Shown here: piece after piece, positions 1-8,522 of the stretch | Layout: every line of letters starts with the position of its first letter | Numbering within the stretch: position 1 is the first letter of the stretch | Virus record (IMG/VR): IMGVR_UViG_3300027822_000009 | Length of the DNA: 33,589 nucleotides | Source: a virus | Direction: 5' to 3' (one strand) | The notes under the pieces: model-generated | What the model was told of the DNA's origin: nothing | What the model saw: the letters and a program-made list of their open reading frames with translations, nothing else | Databases searched by the model: none | Translations under genes and position numbers: made by a program

Positions 1-127
1 AAATCAAATTAAACACCATGAAACAGAGGATATAATCCAACAGGATTCAGGAAGACCGGTTGACATAAATGCGTTAAAGGCATCGTCAAAAAAGATTAAC
101 TCATACGAAGGCGACTCTGTAGTAAAT
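1..127. repeat. Terminal direct repeat, copy 1. Exact 127-bp identity with 33463..33589; circular-closure overlap.
   Basis: Read directly: bases 1-127 (aaatcaaattaaacaccatg...ctctgtagtaaat) recur exactly at 33463-33589. The repeat lies inside a coding frame. Confidence 0.95.
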
Positions 128-346
128 AAAGAGCGGAATGACGCCTACAATAAAGACGCGGAATCTATACCAGAGAAACCAGAAGTTAGCGACCTAGATG
201 AAATGCAGGCAATAGTGGATAGCCTAGAGCTATCGGAAGAAGATAAAGAAATCCTTGAAGAGGGGAAGGAAGTTGCTTCGAAATTTGAGAGGATAAAAAA
301 ATCCATCGCTGAGGCTGTAGACTGCCTAGTAAGGAACCCAGTATGA
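2..346 (+). CDS. 3' part of the wrap-around CDS that starts at 32012. Internal virion/ejection-like protein, 598 aa once circularised.
   Basis: The frame of the 32012 ORF continues through the 127-bp repeat into frame 2 of the window start and stops at TGA 344-346. This makes an ATGA overlap with the next gene start at 343. Missing from the ORF track only because it crosses the window edge. Confidence 0.75.
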   Translation, partial: NQIKHHETEDIIQQDSGRPVDINALKASSKKINSYEGDSVVNKERNDAYNKDAESIPEKPEVSDLDEMQAIVDSLELSEEDKEILEEGKEVASKFERIKKSIAEAVDCLVRNPV

Positions 347-2883
347 GTAAATTTTGTGCCAAGCAAATAAGAAAATCAGCAGAGGGGATCATAAACTCTA
401 AGGATGCTGAGAGATTAATTGAGGAGCTGAGGAATACAGCTCAGGAGAAAGTTAAGTCATCCGCCACAACAATGGAAGACGCGCTTAGGCAAACAGGGAA
501 AGAGATGGTGGACGAGCTCTCAGTGGCTGAGCAATTTGAAAAATACAATCGACTTTTAAATGTTATAAAAAAAAATGATGCATTGACGCTTATCAATAGC
601 TTTAAAGACAAGACTCGGGGCCTGAACGCATTTTTAGATGGTGTCCAATCAAATATTAAAAACAGCAGGTTCTCCGTCGGAGCTCTTCAAAAATCAAACT
701 CCCAAAAGATGTTAAGCGATTTATTAGTTCGACTCCTAAAAGATGATTTACTAGATTCCTTTAAGAGCAGCGATATTGAAGAGTCCTTAGCTCAGGAAAT
801 GTTTGAGGCCGGCTCATCAAAAAATGAATCAGCCAAGGCTTTATCGTCAGTAGTAAGAGACACATTTAATAATGCAAGAAAACTCCTAAGAAGAGAAGGT
901 GTTCCAGTTGGGGATTTACCGGAATACATGGGCAGGCAGAGTCACAATCCAGAAAGACTTTTGCACGCAGCTGATTCAATATCTGAGCGCGTTAAGCTAA
1001 GGAGTGAGATTTTCAGCGCAACAAGAAGTTTTGCTGAAACTCGAGAGCGCCTTAAAGAAATAGCTTTCAACAAGTGGAAAAACTTTATAAACCCCAAGCT
1101 TGACTGGAGCCGTATTAAATATTTTGGGGATAAAGAAGAGTATCTAAAAGAAGTTCATGAGGGTCTGGTAAGCGGCATACACCTGACCGCATCTAAGGCA
1201 AATGAAACTCCGGGGGAATTTGTATTTAAAGGCCCAGGTAACTTGGCTAAGAAGCTGAGCCAGTCAAGAAAGCTGCATTTCAAAGATGGTTCATCATGGT
1301 TTGAGTATAACCAGAGATACGGCAGCGGTTCCGTCCAAGACTCTATTATAGGCAGCCTTAAAAGCACCGGTGAAAACCTAGGCCTCCTTCAGAAGATGGG
1401 AACCAATCCGGAGGCATTTCTAGATTCTTTAATTGAAGACGTATCGCAGTCAGAAAAATCAAATCCGAAACTCAAAAAATCTGTTAGATTTGCAAAAGAT
1501 GTTTTTGCAGAGCTGAACGGAGATACTCGAATAGTAGTAAGTAATTTATCAGCAAAAATAGGTCGAGCCATTAGGTCTAATAACGTCCTTGCTAAGCTAG
1601 GGTTAATAACACTGACCTCTATTGCTGACCTGGCGCCACGTGCGGCTTTAATGCGAGAGCATGGAATAGGTTTCCTGGACCGATACTCAGAAGGAGTCGC
1701 TGGACTCCTGAAGGGCCGTGGTGATAAGGAGCGGAAAATACTTGGCGCACTAATGGGCACCTATTCAGATTCGCATATTGGGAATATGAATGCTTACTTT
1801 GCCAACCCCGACACCCCCAGTGGCCACATGACTAAAGCTATGCAAACATTTTTCAAGCTGTCGGGTAATGAATGGTGGGACCAAGTTAGTCGCCAAAGCA
1901 TCGGCATGACCTTGTCAAAAAACTTAGCCCTTCATAAAGATGTGAGCTTCGAAGGACTGGAGTCAGGCGTTCAAAGAGCTTTAAGGATTTATGGTATAGA
2001 GGGAAAGGAGTGGGACTTATTCAGGAAGAATGGAGTAAAACCCCATGGCAATGAAATATTTATCACGCCTGACTCGGCACAGACCCTTTCAAAAGAGAAG
2101 ATAGCTGCTTACCTTGGCAAAAGCCCGGAAGAAGTAAGCCCATCCCTCCTGGATAGAACAAGGATTGACCTAGAAGACAGGCTAAGAACCTTCTTTATCG
2201 ACCAAACGGACTCTGCCAATGTTCAACCATCAGCTTCTGACCGGGCTCTAATTATTAGAGGGACTCAACCTGGCACTCTATGGGGTGAGTTTGCTCGCTA
2301 TGTTGGCCAGTTTAAATATTACTCTATCGCATTCACGAAGAGAGTGCTAGGTCGAGCTCTTGTAGGGGGTGGAGACCAAGGCGCCATAGACTCACTTATA
2401 AGTGGAAACGCTGACATCATGGGGTTGGTTGAGGTTATGATTAGCTCAACCGCGCTAGGGTATGTTGCAATGTCAGCGAAAGACATCGTTAAAAACAGAG
2501 AGCCGAGAAGTCCGAAGCTAGCCAGGACTTGGTTGGCCGCCTTCCTCCAGGGTGGTGGTGGCGCCATTTACGGTGACTTTTTGTTTGGAGAATATGACCG
2601 ATTTGGAAGAGACTTTACCAAGACTTTACTCGGGCCTTCGGCGGGAACCCTGGATGATGTGGCGAAGATATTAGCCCAAGTAAGAGGCTTAGATAACCCA
2701 AGTAATAGTACTCTGCATTTAGTAGAGAATAATACGCCTTTTATCAATTTATGGTTCACTCGAACTCTGCTAGACTATTTGTTTCTGGATAGGCTACAGG
2801 AAAGGGTTAGCCCAGGATATAAGCGAAGAATGAAGCATCGACTAGAGAAAGAGAATGGCCAGAAATTTTTATTTAATCCTTGA
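343..2883 (+). CDS. Large internal virion / DNA-ejection-like structural protein (846 aa)
   Basis: Long ORF with SD AAGGAA upstream, translationally coupled to both flanking genes. It sits between internal-protein genes and the tail fibre, as T7 gp15/gp16 do. Has a Gly-rich hydrophobic C-terminal segment (GGGGAIYGDFLFGEY). No catalytic motif recognised. Confidence 0.45.
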   Translation: MSKFCAKQIRKSAEGIINSKDAERLIEELRNTAQEKVKSSATTMEDALRQTGKEMVDELSVAEQFEKYNRLLNVIKKNDALTLINSFKDKTRGLNAFLDGVQSNIKNSRFSVGALQKSNSQKMLSDLLVRLLKDDLLDSFKSSDIEESLAQEMFEAGSSKNESAKALSSVVRDTFNNARKLLRREGVPVGDLPEYMGRQSHNPERLLHAADSISERVKLRSEIFSATRSFAETRERLKEIAFNKWKNFINPKLDWSRIKYFGDKEEYLKEVHEGLVSGIHLTASKANETPGEFVFKGPGNLAKKLSQSRKLHFKDGSSWFEYNQRYGSGSVQDSIIGSLKSTGENLGLLQKMGTNPEAFLDSLIEDVSQSEKSNPKLKKSVRFAKDVFAELNGDTRIVVSNLSAKIGRAIRSNNVLAKLGLITLTSIADLAPRAALMREHGIGFLDRYSEGVAGLLKGRGDKERKILGALMGTYSDSHIGNMNAYFANPDTPSGHMTKAMQTFFKLSGNEWWDQVSRQSIGMTLSKNLALHKDVSFEGLESGVQRALRIYGIEGKEWDLFRKNGVKPHGNEIFITPDSAQTLSKEKIAAYLGKSPEEVSPSLLDRTRIDLEDRLRTFFIDQTDSANVQPSASDRALIIRGTQPGTLWGEFARYVGQFKYYSIAFTKRVLGRALVGGGDQGAIDSLISGNADIMGLVEVMISSTALGYVAMSAKDIVKNREPRSPKLARTWLAAFLQGGGGAIYGDFLFGEYDRFGRDFTKTLLGPSAGTLDDVAKILAQVRGLDNPSNSTLHLVENNTPFINLWFTRTLLDYLFLDRLQERVSPGYKRRMKHRLEKENGQKFLFNP

Positions 2884-2894
2884 AGGAGAATGAC

Positions 2895-4757
2895 ATGGTG
2901 AGTTATGTTGTAAGCGACAATCTTCCTAGAAACCAGTATGTGGCTGCGGCTGCACAAACAGTTTTTACTTACGACTTTGTTATCAGCAAAGCATCCGATA
3001 TCTTAGTCTACCAAACACCCAGCGGGCAGACAGGAAATGATGCGGCAGATATTCTTATTTTAGACGTGCATTACAATGTTACTGGCGTAGGTATTTCAGG
3101 CGGTGGCACCGTTGTTCTGGTGAGTGGGGCGGCTGCTCTTGACAGAATCACTCTGCAAAGAGATGCGCCCGTAGAAAGAACATCAAACTTTAAGCCTGGC
3201 GGCTTTACTGCAGATGAAATAAATAATGACCTGAATAAGGAGATCATTTTCACCCAAGATAATGAAATGAGAATTTCCGAGCTATCTATTCGATACCAGG
3301 ACGCCTCCATTGTTGATAAAAGCAGAGACGTACATCTCCCCATCCTAGATGCCGAAGAATTCTGGCAAATGAACGCTACTGGTACAGGAATTACAAAGGC
3401 CAAGCTGGAGCCAAATGCAGATGTAAACACTCTGCGCTCTGAACTGGCATCTCAAGGCGTGGGAAGTGACGGCTCTCGTATTGTTGGGTTTGAGAGTGCT
3501 GCGGCAGGTTCCATCACGGCTCATGACCAGCTGGTCAAAGTGGATACATTTGGAGGGCAGATTGCCACCAACACGGCTAATATTGCCACCAATACAGCTA
3601 ACATTGCAACCAACACCAGTAATATTACAACTAACGCTACCAACATTACCGCCAACACGAATGCAATCGCCGGGCTCGAGATTGCCGAAAGTGATACCAA
3701 TCTTATTATTGGTGGTAACTTTAGCACAAACCCATTCCAAAGATTAACGACGGCCACAGGAAGTGGAGATATCTATGTGGCTGACAGGTTTGAAATGATT
3801 CAGGATGGGGCTGTAACTGGAAATACCTGCGCTAAGATTACGGACGCCCCTTCTTTTGGTGTTGCGAATTACCACACTCAGCACTCTTTAGGCCTTACAG
3901 TCGTAAATGCGATAGCTTCCCCGGCTACCAATGATTTCTTTGGGTACCGATATATTATAGAGGGGTTTGATTTTGCTGAGATATTTGAATCAACAGCGGT
4001 TCTTCAGTTTTATGTAAAATCTTCTACAGTCGGAATCCACTCTATAGGGTTTCAAAATTTCGATTCTGGAAGATTTTTAGTTAAAGAATATACAATCTCG
4101 GTCGCCAATACTTGGGAGAAAGTTACCATCTCAATTCCAACTATTGCAAACGTGGGGAATTGGAATATAGATAACGGGTCTGGCTTAAGAGTGTTTTTCT
4201 CTATGGCTTCAGGGCCCGATATAAGCACATCCACATTAGATGCATGGACAACAAGTGGCACCTCTATTATCTCTTCCACCAACCAGGTGAATGGAGTAGC
4301 ATCGGCGGCCAATATATTTAGGATAGCTTTAGTGTCGATAACGCCAGGGGATATAATTCCATCCACCTTCCCATACCGCAGTGTGGAGCAAGAAATTTCC
4401 TTATGCCAAAGATACTATGAGCAAAGTTATAACTTTGGTCAGCTGAGAGCTGCTACAGAAGTGGGCCAGGCTATTACCGAGGTGCATAATGGGACTGCAA
4501 ATAATAGACATATTTCTTTAACAATACCATATAAAACAGTCAAGCGCGCAACCCCCACGGTGAATGTAGCGAACCGTAGTGGCACCTTAGGTCAATGGGA
4601 GGAGACAACTTGGAGCCCACAAGCCCCAGCTGCAGGGCCTGTGACGCTTCGAGATGGGAACACGGCTGGGTTTAGCCTATCGGAAATAGGAGCAGCCTGG
4701 TTGATTAATAATGCCATTATTGGTGGCCATTGGTGGGCTCAAGCTGAACTTACATAG
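2895..4757 (+). CDS. Tail fibre / receptor-binding protein (620 aa)
   Basis: ATG at 2895 with SD GAAGGAG; the track start at 2880 is a TTG lying inside the SD. Five 7-aa repeats IATNTAN typical of phage fibre shafts, and a beta-rich C-terminal domain with a CQRYYE motif. Located after the internal virion genes. Confidence 0.75.
   Translation: MVSYVVSDNLPRNQYVAAAAQTVFTYDFVISKASDILVYQTPSGQTGNDAADILILDVHYNVTGVGISGGGTVVLVSGAAALDRITLQRDAPVERTSNFKPGGFTADEINNDLNKEIIFTQDNEMRISELSIRYQDASIVDKSRDVHLPILDAEEFWQMNATGTGITKAKLEPNADVNTLRSELASQGVGSDGSRIVGFESAAAGSITAHDQLVKVDTFGGQIATNTANIATNTANIATNTSNITTNATNITANTNAIAGLEIAESDTNLIIGGNFSTNPFQRLTTATGSGDIYVADRFEMIQDGAVTGNTCAKITDAPSFGVANYHTQHSLGLTVVNAIASPATNDFFGYRYIIEGFDFAEIFESTAVLQFYVKSSTVGIHSIGFQNFDSGRFLVKEYTISVANTWEKVTISIPTIANVGNWNIDNGSGLRVFFSMASGPDISTSTLDAWTTSGTSIISSTNQVNGVASAANIFRIALVSITPGDIIPSTFPYRSVEQEISLCQRYYEQSYNFGQLRAATEVGQAITEVHNGTANNRHISLTIPYKTVKRATPTVNVANRSGTLGQWEETTWSPQAPAAGPVTLRDGNTAGFSLSEIGAAWLINNAIIGGHWWAQAELT
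3561..3665 (+). repeat. Imperfect 21-nt x5 tandem repeat encoding the IATNTAN heptads of the fibre shaft
   Basis: Units at 3561, 3582, 3603, 3624 and 3645 encode IATNTAN, IATNTAN, IATNTSN, ITTNATN and ITANTNA. The stop-free repeat also creates three spurious overlapping ORFs in other frames. Confidence 0.9.
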
Positions 4758-4766
4758 GAGAATAAA

Positions 4767-5288
4767 ATGATTACATATCAAATTTCAGGAAGCGGCGTTA
4801 TCTATAAAGACAGCCAAAGTGGTGAGATTAAATATATCCCCAATGACTCAGCAAATTCAGACTGGCTGACCTACCAGAAATGGCTTGCCGAAGGCAACAC
4901 TCCAGACCCGGAATACACTTTAGACCAGCGTAAGGATATGCGCAAAGGTGACCTGATGAGTGTGATGATGCGATATATGGAGGGGGATATTTCTTATAAC
5001 GATAAGATATATTCCTCAAGCGGTGAAGAGCGAAACTGTATCAATACACTAATCGCCTCCGGGGACAGAGGAGAGCTGACCTTTCCTTTAAAGTGGAATG
5101 ATACCAGCATGGACCCTCAGGATTTAGTTCTTGACGATTTGAAGAAAATACAGAAAGGGGAAGCGCTATTGATTGAGGCATGCGCTGATAACTACGGAGC
5201 TCTCTACACTGTAATTGACGCATCAACTGACCCAGAGAGTGTGGATATTAATGCGGATTGGCCTACGGTCCCGTATGTAGTGGCTTAA
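4767..5288 (+). CDS. Tail-fibre-associated protein (possible fibre assembly/chaperone, DUF4376-like)
   Basis: SD AGGAG 5 nt upstream, immediately downstream of the fibre gene. The segment WLTYQKWLAEGNTPDPEY and the C-terminal half resemble fibre-accessory proteins. Assignment is from memory only. Confidence 0.35.
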   Translation: MITYQISGSGVIYKDSQSGEIKYIPNDSANSDWLTYQKWLAEGNTPDPEYTLDQRKDMRKGDLMSVMMRYMEGDISYNDKIYSSSGEERNCINTLIASGDRGELTFPLKWNDTSMDPQDLVLDDLKKIQKGEALLIEACADNYGALYTVIDASTDPESVDINADWPTVPYVVA

Positions 5289-5292
5289 ATGA

Positions 5293-5556
5293 ATGCGCTC
5301 AAGAGTCGACCTAAACCAGAAGAAGATAACAACACTCCTTAAGTCTGTGGGCGCCACGGTTCACGACCTTACGAATGTAGGGAGGGGGTGCCCAGACATC
5401 CTCGTTGGCTTCAGGGGTAAGAACCACTTGTTTGAAATAAAGCAAAATCGGACGTGCAAGTTAACTCCGCACCAGGAAGAATGGCATGCCGGATGGAAAG
5501 GCAACGCAAAGGTTGTATACTCCATTGAAGATGTCATCTACTACCTGGAGTTATAA
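5293..5556 (+). CDS. VRR-NUC / PD-(D/E)xK minimal nuclease (possible junction-resolving enzyme)
   Basis: Motif GRGCPDILVGFRGKNHLFEIKQ...KLTPHQEEW matches the G-x-PD...E-x-K core plus the downstream Q of VRR-NUC domains. 87 aa. Confidence 0.65.
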   Translation: MRSRVDLNQKKITTLLKSVGATVHDLTNVGRGCPDILVGFRGKNHLFEIKQNRTCKLTPHQEEWHAGWKGNAKVVYSIEDVIYYLEL

Positions 5557-6030
5557 ATGGGGATAAAAAAAACAGACCTTGTGGAGTGCGTGATTACACC
5601 AGCTCTTTTGGATGTGGAATTATTTTCTCAAAAAGCTGTGGACTTACTCCTTGGTACAGCAGCGCAAGAAAGCCACCTCGGTTATTACCTGAGGCAGATA
5701 TCAGGGCCAGCAAGTGGAATATATCAAATGGAGCCCAATACCTATAAGGATATTTGGGGGAACTATTTGTACTATAAGCCTGAGCTGGTCAAAAAAATAA
5801 AGATGTTCTACGGAGAACATGTCAGCAACAACTTTGAGAAGATAACTTACGACCTTCGTTACGCCACTGTAATGGCTAGAATACACTACCTTAGGGTCGC
5901 AGAAGCCCTCCCTGAGGTAGGAGATGTAGAAGGAATGGCCAATTACTGGAAAAAGTATTATAATACATATAAAGGAAAAGGGATCACTAGTGATTTTATT
6001 GATAACTACCAGAGTTTTATACAGGAGTAG
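5557..6030 (+). CDS. SLT-like lytic transglycosylase / endolysin candidate
   Basis: GTAAQESHLGYYLRQISGPASGIYQMEPNTYKDIW matches the E-S catalytic motif followed by G-x-x-Q-x-x-P-x-T of the SLT domain. Directly upstream of the holin. Confidence 0.6.
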   Translation: MGIKKTDLVECVITPALLDVELFSQKAVDLLLGTAAQESHLGYYLRQISGPASGIYQMEPNTYKDIWGNYLYYKPELVKKIKMFYGEHVSNNFEKITYDLRYATVMARIHYLRVAEALPEVGDVEGMANYWKKYYNTYKGKGITSDFIDNYQSFIQE

Positions 6031-6032
6031 TA

Positions 6033-6425
6033 ATGGGTATTTTTTCAAACATATTAAGCAAGCCGATTGTTGATGCAGTAGATGCTATTGGCAATGCTGC
6101 CGACAAGTTAGTTACTTCAGACGAAGAGCGAGCTAAGGCCGACGCCTTTATGGCGATGGTTAAACAGAAGCCCTATATCATGCAGGCTGAAATAAACAAG
6201 GTTAACGCAAAATTTCGAGGGTTCTACGACAATGGATGGCGCTCAACCTTAGGGTGGGTAGCGGCCCTTGGGCTTCTTCAGGACTGGGTAGCCCGCCCTT
6301 TCCTTGTGGCATGGGGCTTCCATATGCCCGACATTAACACTACGGAGCATATGACCCTGCTTAGCGCTCTGCTTGGTATTGGAGCTCTCAGCGCATTTAA
6401 AGAGATGAAGATAAAATCTAAATAA
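6033..6425 (+). CDS. Holin, GTA_holin_3TM-like
   Basis: The N-terminus MGIFSNILSKP...AIGNAADKLVTSDEERAKADA and hydrophobic segments after GWRS resemble the 3-TM holin family of gene transfer agents and phages. SD AGGAG upstream. Confidence 0.6.
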   Translation: MGIFSNILSKPIVDAVDAIGNAADKLVTSDEERAKADAFMAMVKQKPYIMQAEINKVNAKFRGFYDNGWRSTLGWVAALGLLQDWVARPFLVAWGFHMPDINTTEHMTLLSALLGIGALSAFKEMKIKSK

Positions 6426-7750
6426 TGGCAAACGTTATTCAGCTTCCTCACAGGTTTGAACCTCGCACTTATCAGTCAGCATTATTCCATGATTTCTTTG
6501 TAAAAGGATACAAGAGAATCGTCACTGTGGAGCACCGTCGAGCGGGAAAAGACAAGTGCTTCCTTAATCTTGCTGTAGCAGCAACGCAGATGAGAGTGGG
6601 AACATATGTTTATATGTTTCCCACGGCAACCCAGGCCAGGGATGTTATGTGGGATGGTATTGACCGCAACGGGATGAGATACCTGGACCACATACCTGAC
6701 CGTCTAGTCGCTAAGACAAATAACTCCAAGCTTTCAATAACATTTAAAAATGGCTCCATCCTAAAGTTTGGTGGAACTAATTATTACGACCGTGTCATGG
6801 GGACCAACCCCATAGGCTACATAAGCTCAGAAACTCAGCACCACAATCCACTGGCATGGGAATACGTGCGTCCCATTTTAGCTGAGAATGGGGGGTGGGC
6901 TATATTCAATGGGACACCTCGAGGACACAATCATTTTTACAAGCTGCTGACTCAGAATAAAAACAACCCAAAATGGTTGACTCGGGTTCTGACAGTAGAA
7001 GACACATTCAGAGACGCAGCCAAAACCATACCGGTCGTCACACAGGAAATAATAGATGAAGAACGAGCCAGTGGGATGTCGGAGGAGATTGTGCAGCAGG
7101 AATTCTACTGCTCATTTGAAGCCGCCCTCCCGGGAGCTTACTATGCAGCTCAAATTAAAAAAGCCTATGACGAACAAAGAGTGGGGGTATTTAAACCAGA
7201 GCCTAAATTAAAAACATACAGCTCTTGGGATTTGGGGATAGATGACTTTACGTCAATCTGGATAATACAGGTGAAAGGGTCGGAGATTAGGCTGGTTTCT
7301 TATTATGAAAACCGCAGGCAGCCCATGGACCACTATGCAAAATACATGCATGATTTCAAAAAAAAACACAAAGTTCATTTTGATATCCATTTCGCACCTC
7401 ACGATATAGAGGTGCAAGAATTAAGTTCAGGCTTAACCAGAAAACAGTATGCCGCTCGGTGTGGAATAAATTTTAGGACCGTTAAGAAAGCTTACATCAT
7501 TGACGGGATAGAGGCAGTTAGGGCTCTTTTTCAAAGGTTTCGTATTGACGCTGAAAATTGTGATTATGGAATGGAGTGTCTGAAGGAGTACCACTCTCAG
7601 TACGACCCCACAAAAAAAACTTATTCAGCTCCCGTGCACAACTGGGCTTCGCATGGAGCCGATGCGCTCCGGTACTTTGCCCTGGGTTGGCATGGCCTTA
7701 AAACTGTTGCAGGAGGGGTTAGAAAGATGAAAGATTGGGACCCCTACTAG
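6425..7750 (+). CDS. terL: Terminase large subunit
   Basis: 441 aa with a Walker-A-like RRAGKDKCF, an ATPase core (FNGTPRGHNHFY) and a C-terminal nuclease region (HGADALRYFALG). The start overlaps the holin stop (TAATG). Confidence 0.85.
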   Translation: MANVIQLPHRFEPRTYQSALFHDFFVKGYKRIVTVEHRRAGKDKCFLNLAVAATQMRVGTYVYMFPTATQARDVMWDGIDRNGMRYLDHIPDRLVAKTNNSKLSITFKNGSILKFGGTNYYDRVMGTNPIGYISSETQHHNPLAWEYVRPILAENGGWAIFNGTPRGHNHFYKLLTQNKNNPKWLTRVLTVEDTFRDAAKTIPVVTQEIIDEERASGMSEEIVQQEFYCSFEAALPGAYYAAQIKKAYDEQRVGVFKPEPKLKTYSSWDLGIDDFTSIWIIQVKGSEIRLVSYYENRRQPMDHYAKYMHDFKKKHKVHFDIHFAPHDIEVQELSSGLTRKQYAARCGINFRTVKKAYIIDGIEAVRALFQRFRIDAENCDYGMECLKEYHSQYDPTKKTYSAPVHNWASHGADALRYFALGWHGLKTVAGGVRKMKDWDPY

Positions 7751-8055
7751 ACGTGTAATTTTTTCTTGCAGTTACTTCTTATAATATGAACATCCGGAGG
7801 GGCTTCAAACCCCATAACCACAGTCTTTGTTTTTGAACTTATGTAGAAAAATTTCACACAGCCCTTAAAACAATAGGGTTCCGCATCTTTTTTATTTAAA
7901 ATAAATTTTTCCTTAAAGAAAAAGTAATCCCCAGACTTCTCGAATATTTTAAACTGAACTTTTTCATCCCCATTATAAGAGAGAGAGAGAGAGTAAATTC
8001 TCTCTCCCATATATAGAAGAACCTTTATCTCTTCTTTCAGAGTCAAGATTAGCAT
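7747..8055 (-). CDS. CsrA-like RNA-binding protein, atypically long (102 aa), with an insertion or internal duplication
   Basis: N-terminus MLILTLKEEIKVLL against E. coli CsrA MLILTRRVGETLMI. C-terminal KTVVMGFEAPPDVHIIRSN against NQVRIGVNAPKEVSVHREE, conserving G, AP, V and the R44-equivalent Arg. Last gene of the recombination operon. Confidence 0.5.
   Translation of the reverse strand: MLILTLKEEIKVLLYMGERIYSLSLSYNGDEKVQFKIFEKSGDYFFFKEKFILNKKDAEPYCFKGCVKFFYISSKTKTVVMGFEAPPDVHIIRSNCKKKLHV
7978..7993. repeat. (AG)8 / (CT)8 dinucleotide microsatellite inside the CsrA-like CDS
   Basis: Read directly: agagagagagagagag at 7978-7993, followed by taaatt and ctctctc (partial inverted repeat). Encodes SLSLS on the minus strand. 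Confidence 0.95.
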
Positions 8056-8056
8056 T

Positions 8057-8512
8057 TTAAATATCCAAAGGGTTATCTAAATCAAACCCATTACTGTCAA
8101 CTGGTGATAAAGGAGAGAAAGCCACTTCTTTTTCCCCGGGCCGATAGAATTTAACTTTAGGGGAAGGCGCGTATCCTTCTGACGCTTGCACAACAATCTC
8201 AACCATACCCTGCTGATTAAGGAAAGAACTCGGATCAATATGGCCTTCTGAAACACATAAAGAAGAATCCCCTACAGAGATGGCTAATTGCTTAAACTTC
8301 CATAATGCAGACATAGTCAGATAATCAAACACGAGGCCCCTATTTCCATCATCATCCTCGCATTGAAGTGTAAGTTTAATACAAGGGTTTCCGGACTGGG
8401 AAATATGATCAGCCGCTGATTTAACAGTAAAACTATAGGTACCATCACGCAAAGTGGATGTGGGTGAGACGGAACAATCAATCTTGTCAATATCAAATTT
8501 TGGGAACTGCAT
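8057..8512 (-). CDS. DUF669-like protein (ssDNA-binding-type partner of Sak4)
   Basis: The segment GTYSFTVKSAADHISQSGNPCIKLTLQCEDDDGN fits the DUF669 pattern. Canonical position directly downstream of an AAA_24 ATPase. SD GGAG upstream. Confidence 0.55.
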   Translation of the reverse strand: MQFPKFDIDKIDCSVSPTSTLRDGTYSFTVKSAADHISQSGNPCIKLTLQCEDDDGNRGLVFDYLTMSALWKFKQLAISVGDSSLCVSEGHIDPSSFLNQQGMVEIVVQASEGYAPSPKVKFYRPGEKEVAFSPLSPVDSNGFDLDNPLDI

Positions 8513-8522
8513 AATTTTCTCC

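Noticed and set aside
1-127. The 127-bp repeat as genuine T7-like direct terminal repeats (physical genome ends)
   Set aside because: The repeat lies in the middle of a coding frame that reads through it. Its length equals a standard assembler k-mer. T7-type DTRs are non-coding. Only read-start data could overturn this.
1155-2759. Minus-strand ORFs inside 343..2883 (1155..1367, 1389..1760, 2319..2567, 2568..2759), and similar alternative-frame ORFs inside other long genes (e.g. 23418..23904, 24729..24941, 27747..28250, 30447..31378)
   Set aside because: All are embedded in longer ORFs that are supported by synteny. They have no SD and show biased shadow-frame composition.
3345-3757. Three overlapping ORFs (3345..3740 -, 3466..3747 +, 3521..3757 -) across the tail-fibre repeat
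   Set aside because: They exist only because the 21-nt N/T/A/I-coding repeat is stop-free in several frames. Their products are low-complexity, they lack SDs, and they lie wholly inside a well-supported fibre gene.
2895-4757. Diversity-generating retroelement targeting the fibre (the structural module has BPP-1-like flavour)
   Set aside because: No reverse-transcriptase ORF appears anywhere in the genome, and I could not see a template/variable repeat pair matching the fibre 3' end.
7358-7366. A9 homopolymers inside coding regions (terL 7358-7366; also ~570, ~11912) as programmed slippage sites
   Set aside because: They encode Lys runs. I see no alternative-frame extension that a shift would access.
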